This document shows positions 44,634 to 58,740 of a DNA stretch of 64,000 bases, piece after piece (the stretch's first letter is position 1; each line of letters begins with the position of its first letter). Made by a program: the position numbers and the translations under genes. Below the pieces are notes generated by a model. That model ran no database searches. It worked only from the letters and a program-made list of their open reading frames with translations, and was not told the DNA's origin. Source of the DNA: Schmidtea polychroa (Eukaryota); contig CM097885.1 of the NCBI GenBank assembly GCA_044892525.1, forward strand, positions 3,102,001 through 3,166,000, written 5' to 3'.

Positions 44634-45454
44634 ATATTTATCTTTCTTCTGCATCGACTTAGACTTATTGGTTGACACATTAACATCTCTAGGCTTTTGA
44701 ACAAGCTTTTCTGTCATATTCAAGGGCATATCCGTAGAATCAATGTCATTTTTGAACATAGTATCATTTTTCATGATCTTCGTATTATCAATAATATTTC
44801 TTCCTTCATTTTTACAACTTTCCTTCATTTCTAATAAAGATATATAATAATGATGAATTTACTATTCTTGTCAAAATCAGTAAGGAAAATTTTGCTGCAT
44901 AGATTCATTATAAAAGTGATAACATACAATAAGAAAATTTAAATTAATTTTTACTTCGTCAATTGTTTTCCAATCGAAAATTTTTCGTTTTTCCGATAAA
45001 AAATCAGCATACGTTTCCTAAAATGAAATAATAATTGAACAAATTAACGCCCAAAAGAATACTACACAAAAAATTACTTCATGTAATCTAAGAGGTTTAG
45101 TGGTCTCATCTATATAATAAAATGCATATGAATAAAGTAGTGAGATATAATTAATGAGCATAAAGTAGTGAGATATCTATTGTTTAAATGGGTCACCACT
45201 TCCAGGATAATCATTATAGAAGATATGAAGTCACGCCTTTAACTAGTGTACCCATGTGAGTACAGTGGCTGATAATGGGTTAAATAAATTAAATTCCTTA
45301 AACTGGAATCTTTATAAATTAAATATTTAAATATATATATTTTTACAAAATTTCAAAATGCCTACCTTACTTAAATATTTTTTCAATATTAATATAATTA
45401 ATAAAATTGTTTAAATATTGCGTTTTGCTTTTATTTAAAATTAATCATTTTACA

Positions 45455-46177
45455 ATGTCTGAAAATGAATTTCATGAAACACAATATATTAATAAAAAAA
45501 ATTTAAACAGATATAGAAGAATACGACAACATACTATGGAAGTAAATACTGTTCCTGGTTTGTACTCATTATCTTATATTTCTAGATGCTTCATGATCGT
45601 GGGTTTAAAATTGAAAACAATATTACTACCGATAAGTCCTTTAAGGAGCAATTTCTAAATAAAGAGCTAAAAGATTTAAATTTTTCTTGTTTAAACAGCC
45701 GAAATGAAAGTATGTACGTGTATTTCTCTGGTTGTGATTTTAGGAAATCGTCAATTGATGACTCGATAAAATATTTATGTGAGCAAAATTACGACGCAGC
45801 AATTTTTATTTTCAATGAGCCGTTGAATGCGATTGTTAGTAACAGAGTTGCAGAGGTTAACTTCAATAAATTAGTTTCATTGGAAACATTCGTCGAGGAA
45901 GATTTAATTGTAAATGTCACGAAACATTCATTTGTTCCGCGACACATTTTGATGTCAGAGACAGAGAAACTTGCAGTGATGGAGAAATAGTAAGTATTGT
46001 GATTGTAATAATTAATAACAAACCCATTCTAGTCAGGCTACCGAGGCGGAATTTCCAAAGATATTTATCACCGACCCAGTAGCGAAATATTACCATGCAG
46101 CCAGACATCAAATGTTTCACATTATCCGCCAATATGAAGACGGAGAGCAGTATGATACTTATCGGATCGTTGTGTAA
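45455..46177 (+). CDS. POLR2E: Divergent RNA polymerase subunit RPB5; exons 45455-45541, 45586-45989, 46033-46177
   Basis: RRIRQHTMEMLHDRGF; LETFVEEDLIVNVTKHSFVPRHILMS; FPKIFITDPVAKYY...TYRIVV*; open spliced frame. Confidence 0.85.
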
Positions 46178-49100
46178 TATATTATCGCTTTCCTTTGCTT
46201 GTTTTCATTGGTTAAGAGATAAGATGATTCTCATTGGTTGATTTTTATGATGTTATTATTTTGATTGGCTCATTTGTTTTGGTTTTGATTTATGCTTTTC
46301 TCTTTTTGTTCAATCTATTGTTTTCTTTTGAACGGGTTGATGCAATGATTTTTATTGATTATTTGTAACTCTTTCATTTTTGATTGGATAATTTATCTAT
46401 TGCGTCTTAATTAGATAAATCATCTAATATATACAATCTATTTCATCTTAGGAATATTCATAAATAGATGGAGTTCAGCAATTTGTTACGCACTGGCGGC
46501 GATTAGGATTCGATTGGATGAAGAAAATAACGGCCAGTAGAGGAATACCCACTAATGAGTATTATTGGCTAAATGAGGAAATATAGAAAATTCAATAGAT
46601 AAGTCGCTCCTTCGCGTGTACCGTAATCACTTCTGTAGTGAGACGTTCCACAGCCTTAACAAAATCTATATAAATATTATATACAAAAACGTAACGTAGT
46701 CTAAATGGGCGGTCATTACCGAATAATGATCAATTAGAACACAATTGATAGACGAACACATTCGTCCATTCCCCGCTCGCAATCACAATTTCATATGGGA
46801 AAGACACAGTGAAATTTAGTTTTGCAAAGTAATTCAGCCAAGTAGTGTAGAATCTTGTATTGGAAATCATGAACATGTAAATTCCCAAAATCTCTCCAAT
46901 TGAGCCAAGCTGTTGAAATGGTTCCCCAAGAAATAACGAACAAATAATTTGATTGAAATATCTGAATAAATTGGAAGCTTGATAATTAATTGTTACTTTT
47001 CATGATCATTAGCGAACTATTAAATTCATTATTTTTGTTGATCAGTGAATATTGTATTTTTTTGATTTATAAGAAAATCAATTTGTTTAGGTTAAGTAAA
47101 AGTTGTTTTACTTTTACTTGTAAATTTAGAAATTTGTAAATTGAAATTTCAGAATCTTTGAAAATAATTTGAAATGGCGTCGGAATCACTCGAATCATTT
47201 AGTGTAGCGTTTTTGAAAATGGTTTTACAAGAAGTTTCAGAATTGTTGGATAAAACTGCTATTATTGTGAATGAATACGACAAAACGCAATTGTTTGTTG
47301 CAAATAGTTCATTTATGAAAAAACAATTACCACCACCACAACGTCTTTCATCAATGTCCCTATTAAACATTTACTCATTTTCCTTTGTTATAAATAGCAT
47401 TTCCCCATAAAATGAGAAATAAAAAGAAATATTTCGATAAAATTTATTTGTTTGTACTATATTTTATGTATATAGCTATAGTTACCCCCATGATGATATA
47501 TTAAAGGAATTAGACAATAGGTACCTAATCACTTATATTCCTCACAAATATTTCTTCTATTAAAAATCAACAAATGTACGAAATATTTTTATTCAATTAA
47601 TAATTTTTATTAAATTTATAAATATTCCAAAAATTCCATTAAACAATTTTTATTAGCAGTTTTTATATCTATTTTAATGACAATCTCACTCTGACAAGAG
47701 AATTAACCCGTTAATTTTAGGTTGTGGTAATTATTGAAGTATTTCTAAGATTTACACGTAAATTATTGAAAACTTACAAAAATTTATGAATAATTAGAAT
47801 AATTGTTTTTAAAAGGTATGGTAGGCTGTTTTTAATAGGAAATCAACGAGGAATTAAAGAAATGTTACCAACATGATATTTAGTAGATAATAATCCATTT
47901 TTTAATATTGCGCATAATATTGTTAGTTAAAGCATTGCCCCTTTCCTATCTTGTGTCTATAAAAATATGACCAAAAAAAATTAACCATTCTATCCTCTGT
48001 CTGTAAAAAAATGACATTATTTTTGAATAGTTTATTTCCCATGCACTGTCGATTATATTCTGACAAACTGTTTGTTGGGCTTTATGATATCAAAATCAAC
48101 CGTTGGTTACTCTGACTCCACGTGTTTCAAAATCAATAAACACAAACTCCCAACGTATATTTGTTTTATAACAATTCACAACTCTCAACAATTAATCACA
48201 TTGTTGGTTAATCACAATTCTCACACAATTTCAGATCGGACTCCGCTCTGGAAGGTCACAACCTTGTACGATTTAAAATTAAGTTTCACCTTTTTGTTTG
48301 ATTCCGCTCTCTGATTCGAACTCTTTTATTTATTCCTTTCCAACTCGATTCCTCTTATAATTCTTTTCTTCTTTTATTTTATTCCTCAAAATCCTAGCGT
48401 CTATTTCTTCTTCCCTACAGGCTACCGCCGATTATGTGAATGTTGAGTTTCCTTATATACTCCCATAATCGTTGTAATTGCCCCATTTTTGACCTAATTG
48501 GTTTTGACTTCTTTAGTTATCATTCCCTAATTGGCTATTTCTGTTGACCCTCTTCGTAATTCCCCTTCTTTTGTTTACCCTCGTTTATCCGGTTGTTTGG
48601 ATAATTGCCCTCTGAATTCCTTGTTTGTTTACCCTTCCAAATTGCCGTGCTCCGGGTTTCTTCATTGCTCGGGTTCTCCACTGGCTCGGGCTTTCCATTA
48701 GCTTGGGTTTCCCATTAGCCAATTAATTAATTAATTAATATTTTACGTTTTTCCACATCTGTCTGTTTTACGACCCTTTCTACACATTTTCCAACCATTT
48801 CTTGCTCACTGTCTTCTTCACCATCCCCTAATCTACCCCTCTCCAGTTTTCCAGCATCAATTTTGATAACTTTTCACTTTATTCCACTTCCTCAGGTTTG
48901 CGCATTTTCCCATTTCATGTCTGATTGTACCCTTTAATAGTTCTGTTGTTATCATACCTTTCTTTGCCATTGTTTCTCTGCTTGACCGCCATTCAATTTC
49001 GGTTTTCCTTTTAATCTGAACTATATAATTTAATAACTTTTTTTTAAAACCTCAACACGTTTATAGAGCGATAGGCAAAAAATAATTTTTTGAAAATTTT

Positions 49101-50046
49101 TTAAAATTTTATTAGAATTGGATAAAATAAAGAAAATAGGAAAGGGTTAAGTTTCATACAATAATAATGCATATTTATAGTGTGATAATATAATCGCTAT
49201 TGTTATCAGTAATATGACTATCACTGCACAGCTATGCATGCTAATTTTTTTTAAAACTTTCGATTTTCATTGAATCCCACAATGAAAAAAATCCGCCAGG
49301 GCGTAGTCAGTTATACCGCAAAGCAACCAAACGAGAAGAATCATTAGTGCGCCATTGTAAGCAGATGAAATCGATCTGGTTCCGCCTGGATTATTGAAAA
49401 CTTCACAAACAGATTGAGGACAGATGGCTGTGGACCCGGAGATTACCATTCGAGAACAAGGGCATTTGAGACTTTCTATCGGCAGTTATAAACAAAAAAT
49501 TGAAATTGCAATGAGGAGTAGTTCTAGTAGTAGAGCTCATCTGACCATTGATTTTCAGTCACTGTGTTACCAAAAAATAAATAACTATAAAAGAGTTTGA
49601 TTAAAAGGTTTTGACATTTCTATCAATAATTCTAGAATATTTAAAAATAATACCTCCTAAACTCCTACATTAGGAACACTAAATTCAGTCATAAATTATC
49701 ATCCTTCCAAGTATTTTACTTTATAGGTACAGAAATCCTTATTATAATGACGAAATAATAAGTAGACAATATCTATGTCTAAAACAAATAATTTTAATGT
49801 TTCAAATTCCACAATACCAAAAATTTTCTAACCTAATTTTTACGCAGGGGAACAGATGCAGCTCTCTTAAGCCATGCCTTTGGGAAAACATAACTGTAAC
49901 ACCTTAATATATGTTAAAATATATATTGCTATAAGACATTACTTTTATTTGGAAGTAACAGCAGATAAATATATTTTTCTTTATACATAATCTTGTTATC
50001 AAAATCATAAAAATAAGCAAAAGTTAGCTCATTTTTTAATATAAAG

Positions 50047-50136
50047 TAGCGGTTCTTAAACTTTTTGAGCTGCGTAGCCCATTGAGTTAACTTGCGGATC
50101 CCTTGCGCTCCACGGAACAGACTTTAAGAAACCCTG
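50047..50136. mobile_element. Very short hAT MITE
   Basis: tagcggttcttaaa ... tttaagaaaccctg imperfect TIR. Confidence 0.55.
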
Positions 50137-50478
50137 TAGTAGGCGTAGCGCACTATATTGAGTTAACATTTACATATTTAGTTATAATTAAGTAAATTTG
50201 AATATTTCAAAACAATAAAATTAATTCCATATATGAATTAATAATTATAATTTAATTTTTTTTTTAATTATAATTTAATTTTCAGATGATTTAAATTTAT
50301 AATTTTTATTTCGAATTTGATTCCTTTTAGAAACCCTGAGTAACATTCATAATAAAGAATTTAAAATAAATTAACAATCGTGTTATTTCATAAACTTGTT
50401 TAAATAATACAAATCACAATTGGCAGTAATTAATTTCATTTGAATTTCACGTTATAAAATTTATATTTAGTCAAATAA

Positions 50479-51986
50479 ATGCCGTTAATTACTGAAAACC
50501 AAAAGGTTTTACTTAAGAAAGATAATTGCTACAAAATAGTTGTTGTTAATGATAAGTAACTTTTTGTGATTCATTCAAAATTTCCTTAAGTGATTATTAG
50601 AAAAGTTGATTTAGATCGTACAAAATTCTCATTAAATGGATTAATTGGCTGTCCGTTTGGTTCTAGCTTCACAGTAGAGAATGGGAATTTAATGAAAATT
50701 GTCGATAAATCGAAAATGAATGACTATGAAAAATTAAAAGTAGAAAAACTGGACAACAGCGATATCAACTTTAACCGAGATAATCGCAATATGAAATTGG
50801 ACTCTAAAAGTCAATTAATGAGCGCATCTGAAATAAACGAGTTGAAGAAAAGCGGGGAAAGCGGAGATGTGATATTGAGCAAACTGATTGAGAACAGTAC
50901 AAGCTTTGCATTAAAAACGACATTTGCACAGGAGAAATACCTGACAAAGAAGAAGAAGCGTTACATGCCGGTGGTGTCAGTGCATAGGATCACAACGAGG
51001 ATGTTATGCGAGCTGTATGGAGCTAAAAGCAAACTGAAGATATTGTGAGTAATTGAATGCGATTTGCTGCAAGGATTGATAATAATTTCATTGGCCAGGA
51101 ATCTGCGTATCGACACGCTCGCTCAATTGCTCGCCTATTCGAATGCCCATCACGGCAGCCGGGTATTAGTGGTGGAAACATGCGCTGGGTTGCTGGTGGG
51201 CTCATTGGTGGAGCGGGGAGCGCAAGTGATCAATTTCTATCATGGCAGCGCGCCTTTGCTACCTGATTGCTATTGTGAATGGCGGGAACTGGATGGCCGG
51301 GTTTACAATCTGCCCCTCGCTCAGATGGTGCCGCTCGCCAAGCAAGGCCGCTTTGTAGCCCACTTTGCGGTTGCCATTGGCAATGGATGCGATGGGCAGG
51401 CAGCCGGGGTTGAGGGGGCCGCCAGCAGCGCCATTTGTCACCGCTTGCCGTCACCGCAACCGCCACACAAAGGGGAACCCAGCAGCGCCATTTGTAACCG
51501 CTCGCCACGCACGGGGGAACCCAGCTCCAAGCGCACCAAATTCTCCATGGAAACCCTTGCTGCCCGGCGCGACGAGCGAGACCGCCGGCGAGAGGAAGCG
51601 CGAGATTACTTGCTGTCCGCGCGTTGCGATTCGGTTGTTATAGCAATCAAATTTCACCCGGTCGAGCTGACGCTGCAAGCGCTGGAATTTCTGGCGCCCG
51701 GCAAGCCATTTGTGGTGTACAGCCAATTCCTGCAGGTAACAGACCGCATTGCACCCCCCCCCCCTTATCTCATTATTGACCATTGATTTCCATTTAGCCG
51801 CTCCTGGAACTGTACGACGCGCTACGCAAGCGCACCAATAGCTGCTCATTGCGCATCACCGAGAGCTGGCTGCGCACCTATCAGGTCCTGCCCGAGCGCA
51901 CCCATCCTGAGATGGCCATGAGTGGCACTGGCGGATACATTCTATCCGGTATCAAATTGGATTCCGAGGATTTTGTTGGCAAATAA
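50479..51986 (+). CDS. TRMT6: tRNA m1A58 methyltransferase non-catalytic subunit (Trm6/Gcd10), 4 exons
   Basis: LIGCPFGSSF; DNRN; IENSTSFALKTTFAQEKYLTKKKK; LRIDTLAQLL; ETCAGLL; PFVVYSQF; WLRTYQVLPERTHPEMAMSGTGGYIL. Confidence 0.95.
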
Positions 51987-52302
51987 ATCAAATATATTAT
52001 TAGACTTCCACATTTCATTTGCTGCCCCTTACCCCCCCCCTCCCTTTCAATTGTGGTTATTGAGGGCCATTGTTATGGTAACGCTTTTGAGTTGACGAAT
52101 GAACCATCATTTTTGATAAATAAATCACGTATGAAGCCTGCTTTGGTAAGCTTGGCGAACTCGAGTTATACGGCGTCTCGTTTGTTAAATGGAAGTGGTC
52201 AAGGACGAGAGTGTTGTGGGGTGCATTGTGTCCTGTGACCGGGTATGGTTCTTCGCCTATGATAGTAGGTTCTGGAACGACTGTGATATGACGGTGAGTA
52301 TG

Positions 52303-53130
52303 CAGGCCCGGATTTAAATCTGATAAGGTCCTAGGCTATTTGAAATATGGTGCCCTTTTCCTCTTTTGAGCGCCAATTTTATGACTTCTTTAATTATATC
52401 ATTAATTATAATTATAGACAAACATTTGAAAGTAATATAATTCATGTCATTTTTTCAATTTAGAATTTTCTATCATACTATCATTACTTACATGTTTTTA
52501 TAATAAATAGTATTTACAAAGAGAAAATTAACAATACGCTCTCAAGTTTTAATATTAGTTTAATTTTAATAACAAACATAGATTAATACCTAATTTAATT
52601 CAGTCAAAACAAATTAATATGCAATTCTTTCACATGTATTTAATAATAACAGATTGTAAATTTATATATTAAACTTAAAATTGTTATTATATTGACAAGA
52701 AAACGTTGAAAATATATGTGATAACTACAGGTATCCGCATAGGATCGACCTATCTATAAATATTTAATTTGTTTCTATTGTTTTATCATTTAATCATATC
52801 TGGGACAATATGTCTTTAATTTCAATACGTTTTACTAATGTTTATTTATTACTGGCATTTGCTGTCGAAATTTATCAGTAATCTCGGTTGTCATAAATAT
52901 GGCTAAACAAACCCCAGGCACAATAGCGCTTTGCCTTTGTTTTTCGAATTGACGTCCTAAAAGAATTGGATGAAGAGTATGGGATTTTTCAGACATGCGG
53001 CAGTAGGAAAAATAATGCTGCAGTATATTTAAGTCGACATGACAATTTCTCATTCGGAGACTTTTTGGGGCCCTAAGAAGCAAGGACCCTAGGCTATAGC
53101 CTGTGTAGCTTATATGTAAATCCTGCACTG
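52303..53130. mobile_element. Non-autonomous hAT element
   Basis: caggcccggattta / taaatcctgcactg; TSD tgagtatg/tgaatatg; subterminal cctaggctat. Confidence 0.8.
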
Positions 53131-53661
53131 TGAATATGTTATCTGACTGTAGCAATAAGGTGATGGAGTGAGCGTTGCTGTTGGATGCTTTTGGCAGAAT
53201 CAGGCGTCTATTGAGGCAATCTATTTTAACGGATTTGGCGGAAAGGAAATTATTAATTAATAATTTGAATAATAAGTATTTAAGATAAATATTTACTGGA
53301 TTATTAATGACTAGAATTTAAAGTTCTTTCTTGTCCATTGATTGACTTTTTTATGAAATTTATTTACTATGTTTTGAATAATTTAAATTTTTACATGTCA
53401 TTTTAATATAATTTTTTCAAATTTTACCGGTTATTAGAAAATCTTGATTGAATTCAGTTTACCAGTTGCATTTTTATTAATTGTTTCGTTCAATGATTAT
53501 CATTTTCTTCAATGAGGATTTTTTAAAAATCAATCTATTTGTTAGCACCTAGTTGTTGGTACTTGGTTGTAAGTATGCAATATACTAGTTTATGTGATGA
53601 AGAATAAACTTTATTTTGCATTTAATTGTTATTAGTATTGTGATTGAATATTCAGTTAAGT

Positions 53662-54836
53662 CGAAGGCTTCTTAAACTATGGGTCGCGACCACAAATGGG
53701 GTCGCCTAGCAAAATATTGAGATCGCGAAATTTTTATATAAAATATCCAAATACATAAAATTGCATAATTGTCTTATGTTTTCCTACTCATTGGGCAAAT
53801 GGAAATTTGCCTGTTGTGACCAATATAAAGTCAGTCACAAAATTAAGCTCAAGAGGAATTCGCTAAGCTTTTGAGCAATTCAAACTTAAAACTAGATTTT
53901 GAAAAAAGTCCTTGACTGAATTTTGAATCGGAACTAAAACTGAATTTCTCAAAATCTCTTATATGGCATTGAATGTCCTTCTGCCATTCAACACTACCTA
54001 TTTATGTGAACTTACTTTTTCAGCCTTAACAATATCGCTTAAGAATGTTGAAGAGATCTTACGTCCTGCAGTGTCATAAATTGCACCGAGATTGAAATTA
54101 TTATGCAATAAAAAACAAGCACATTCGTCTCATTAAAAAACTATTTTTCCTTTTTTTATATTCTTAACCACTGGACTTGTATATTTTTGAATGAAATAAG
54201 ACGGCTAAAATGCTCGGATTCAAATATATACTAGCGACTAATAGTTTGCTAAATTTCTTTCTTTTTTATATATTTATGTTTTTGTAATTGTATTTATGTT
54301 ACTGAAAAAAATACAATTTTGATGAAAAATAAGGCATTTAACTTTAGAAATTATAATAAATATAATTTTGCAACCTTTGTAGGATTTGTAATTTCATATC
54401 CTTGTGTTTATAATTAAACTCTGAAACGTCAATTTTTTCATATATATTATTAGGATTCTCATCCGTTTTAAATCACTAAATAATCCCATAAATTTTATTT
54501 AATAAAAGATATCTCATAAACTTGTCCGATCTTATTTTTGTCATTTAAACAAATTTCAGATTTTCTTAAAATATTTCTTTGATAAAAATATTTTTTAAAA
54601 TTGATAAATTTCTTCATTTTAAAATATTTTTCAATAAAAATATTTTTAAAATTTTTACCAAATTTCTAATTAATCTTTAAGAATCTTTTAACTTCCTCAT
54701 ATATATATTTATATTATTACCTAATTAATAAATCTTCACAAAAAATTTATATATCTTTATTTTAAATTATAAGGGGTCGCAAAAAAGGTTTAAAATCATA
54801 AATGGGGTCGTGAATGAAAATGTTTAAGAAGCCCTG
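53662..54836 (+). mobile_element. Internally deleted Charlie/Buster hAT element
   Basis: ggcttcttaaac / gtttaagaagccctg; perfect TSD agttaagt; remnant LLPFNTTYLCELTFS...KKQAHSSH*. Confidence 0.88.
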
Positions 54837-57800
54837 AGTTAAGTGGTTATTGTGAATAAAAATTAGAATTCTATATTTTATGTTTTTCGTTGTAATTTAG
54901 AAATATTTAAATTATTTTACTTAATTTTAATCTCAACGTATTGTTCTATTATTATTTTATAGCTGTTGAGTTGACAATTATTTTCATTTATCATTCGTTC
55001 TTTGATGGAAGTCATCATTTTCAAATTTAGGCTATACAAAAATTTGTTTATTTAAAAAATATTTGATAAGATAAAATTTTTACCTATTTTAAAGTAACAA
55101 GTTGTAAGTTGTAGCTATCTGATTGTAAGTGCTCAATATCTAGTTGTTAGTAGTTAATTGTTTGGTATCTGGTACTTATTTGTCAGTATTTGGTATCTGG
55201 TTGTAAGTATCTCTTTTGAAGGTACTTGGTTGGGATTTTGTGTATAAAATTCTTGAGACCCACTGACTTTAATGTGAATCTGAAAAAGTCCCGAGTTACC
55301 CACTACAACACAAACTTCTTTAGCGACGATTGTATAGAGATCCATTTACAAAGTCAGAAAAATCCCGATCTGGAGCTGTAAAATCTCCATTACATAGCTA
55401 ATAACCCTCTGGAGCACTAAAAAACCTTTATTTTCTATTCGGGAAACACCGGATCGTCTGTTCCAAATGGCCACTTACTACCAAATGAATGATGAACATT
55501 AATTCTTACTTAATCCTAATGACGTGCGTAATTTACGTATTCTACCAAAACTCAAAATCTCTCATTCTATTTTTAAGTTTAAATTGGAAATGGAGGGGGG
55601 ATTAGCAAGATATATAGTAGAGCTTTGAAATTGAATTCTTTCATTTTGAGATTCTCTATATGAAGTTCATACTCCGTACGTTTTTGCTTGTCAAACCTTG
55701 AGTTCTTGCTACTCACTGAATTTATTTTCTCAATTACTAAGGGTAATGTTAAACATTTATTATTATTAATTCATTAATTTTATTTTTTTGAATTAATGTC
55801 TCAACAATTTGAAATTATTAAATTAATTTTTATTCCTTCATTCACCACCTGTTTCTACTTTCACTCTAATTTCTGACATTTCAAATAGTCAATTACAACC
55901 AAATTAAAAGTAGTAGTCGTACGCCAAAGCGAGTGAATCATAACTCCGTGTTTCCAATGTGTTATTATAATTATATAAAACACGCACACAGTAAATATAC
56001 GCCATTAATATACTACGTCATTAAAATCGTTTCCTGTCGTCGGCGTTGTAAATTCACATTGTAAAATAATCAATATTTTTTATTTGTTAATTAATTTCAG
56101 CGTCTTTTTTTGCATATAAAGGATAGTACAGATACGTTCCGGCACCTTTTTTCCCCAGAAAAAAGCACTGTTTCTATGACGTCTAGTGGTGAGTCAATAC
56201 GTATTTGCTCCGTTACGCTTTCTCAATGTTTATCAATAAAATTTCGCAGGTTTCTCATTGGCTGAAAGAGCGATCAAATAGCAACAATATAAAAGTATCG
56301 CAATCTGTAATCAACTTACCAATTGGCACAGAATTTAACAATGTCCCTATGAAACATTTACTCTTTTCCTTTCTTATAAAAAGCGTTTCTCCATAAAATG
56401 AGAAATAAAAAGAAATATTTCAATAAAATTTATTTGTTCGTAAAATATCTTTATTCACCCGTGAGCTTCATCTATTCGCCACGGTTTAACAACATTGTCG
56501 GTTATCAGATAATCTTCGTCATCTTCATGTGTTTCGAAACTGTGGCCATCAACGACGGTACCGAGATTGGAGAGCATCATTAAACACAGAACCAGAATTA
56601 TTACCTTGAACATCATCTTGAAGGAATAAATCGTAAGTCTATTTGAGTATTCGAAAGAAATTGCTTGGTATTTATATTGTACGATTAACTCTCATTCCGT
56701 TTGTTGCACAGAGAATCTCTAAAATTCCTTTCCCACAACGAGGTTATGAATGAATTGCAGATTTTGCACTGATTTCTGCAACAGATTGCCATAAAAATAC
56801 TTAGTATACTCTCCCATAATCCATTAAAACGTGATTAATTTGCCCCTGTTTTTGATCTCCTTTAAAATACATTTCACAATCAGAAATGAATAATCTTTTA
56901 CAAGATTCTTATTCTTTCTTTCATCTTTATGAGAGTTTATAATGCATTATAATGTCTCTCTGACAGTCTCAATTCCATGGCGAGTTTCTCGCGTCTCTCA
57001 TTTTCTTCCGTGGCCTCATTGCTTATGATAAATAGTTTTACTTATAAATATAATTCATTGAATGCAGACTCCCCCTTATTTTTCAAACTAGAAGTAATGT
57101 TGGGTCGTACTGAAGATTCAATGAGTTTCGGAACCTAGTCAAGTGACAAGACTATTGACGTTATTGAATTCGACGTACATGATTTAAAATGACTTTTGTA
57201 ATTTTTTGTAACAAAGCATTTAATTAGCTTTTCCTTGAGGTCCATTTGTAAGGTGATGCCTTTCCATACTTTGTTGATCCTCATTTCGATAGTGTTTAGT
57301 GACATACGACAAATTATCATGTATGTCTCAATGCCTCTGAGATGTCCCTAGGTAGCTTCACAGTAAGGGTTTTACTCTTAATCAAAGTTCCCTCCTTTGT
57401 CACTTTGTGGATTAATGGATTTCAATAGGACTTGTTCCTTATTCAAAAAGTTTGAGTGATGGTTTTTTTTTGTTTTTTCTAAACCATATACATAATTTTG
57501 CTACACATCTTCGAGAGTGTCAAATGTAATTCATCACTGGAAATAAGAAGATAGAGTTTATATGTATTTGTGTACATTGTACATTGGAATATGTACATTG
57601 GAAGCCTTTCCTAGTCATTTGATACAAAGCCTTGTCGACAAGCCCATTATATCTCCTAACGATAAATGGTTAGAGTTTTTTGAATCAAATAATAATTCTG
57701 AAAATTTATATAAAATAGTTAGTTAAATTTTTTCGATATCCCATTCAAATGCGACATCAGAAAGGATATTCAGTTTAATGACCAACATTTGGCGTAAGGA

Positions 57801-57996
57801 GCGTAATAAATCACTAATTCAAAATTTAGAAGCGGAATTAATGGCCAAAGAAAATTAGAACATGACATGCAGAGTTTAGACCTTTGTTAAAAGAAGAAAA
57901 AGCACTGAGAATTTAAAAAAAGCTCAGGAAACGAAAAATATAAAAAGAAAGTTTAATGCAATACTAATATTTATAATCTGTTTAATTATCGGTTCT

Positions 57997-58057
57997 CGTG
58001 TCTGTGTGCGCTTTTTACTTTTTTTTTAGATTTGATTTGTGTGCGCACACAGACGCG
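57997..58057 (+). repeat. Conserved hairpin head of unit C
   Basis: cgtgtctgtgtgcgc ... gcgcacacagacgcg. Confidence 0.9.
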
Positions 58058-58230
58058 GACAATTGTGGTATTATAATTTCGGTTTTTGTCAGTTTTTATC
58101 GATTTTTAGATTGTTCGAGATTTCTGTTTTTGCTGGAATTTTTATGTAATTTTGATCGATTGGTTTAAAAGATTGGAATTTGCGCGAAGGTTAATAAAAT
58201 TGATATTCGGATTTTCGTGAACTTTCTTTA

Positions 58231-58740
58231 ATGGCTTCAATTAATAAAGATCTTAAATGCAACAGGGACGTTCACATATCTCAGGATGGTAAATGTGTGA
58301 CGTGCAATGATGGATTTATTGAAAGAATTATTCGTGATAACTCAATGGAACATGATGATGATGCCTTGAATGTTTTTCATATTAGAAGTACTACAAACGA
58401 AACTGATGGTTCCTTTTTTATTACTCCAAGAGATCCTGATAACAGAAATAGTGTTTTTGGCCAACTGATATCAAATTTAGATCCGATTCGTCAGATTAAT
58501 TATTTTCAGATCAAAGTTACGACAATTTTGTAACGAGTATTATGAATCAAGTTGAACAGAGTGGTCCTCCACCAGCAAATGAGGCAGATATTGAGAAATT
58601 ATAAGTCAAGAAAATCACCGCAGCTAATGATACAGATTCCATTTGTCTGTCAGATTATGAGGTGGCCGATGAAGGGTACGAGTTGCCCTGTCAGCATAGA
58701 TACCCAGTTCAGTGTCTTGAAACGTGGATGATTAAACATT
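58231..58740 (+). pseudogene. Uninterrupted, decayed RNF126/RNF115-like RING-H2 E3 ligase carried by hairpin unit C
   Basis: N-terminal zinc ribbon CNRDV...CVTCNDGFIE; after a frameshift IMNQVEQSGPPPANEADIEKL*...SICLSDYEVADEGYELPCQHRYPVQCLETW (RING ligands partly lost). Confidence 0.8.

Noticed and set aside
46480..47410. Possible spliced gene on the minus strand
   Set aside because: Could not assemble a continuous frame or recognise a domain.
48060..49020. Pyrimidine-rich stretch resembling decayed LTR-retrotransposon gag on the minus strand (similar remnants at about 35300-36500 and 56600-57450)
   Set aside because: No diagnostic motif could be read with confidence.
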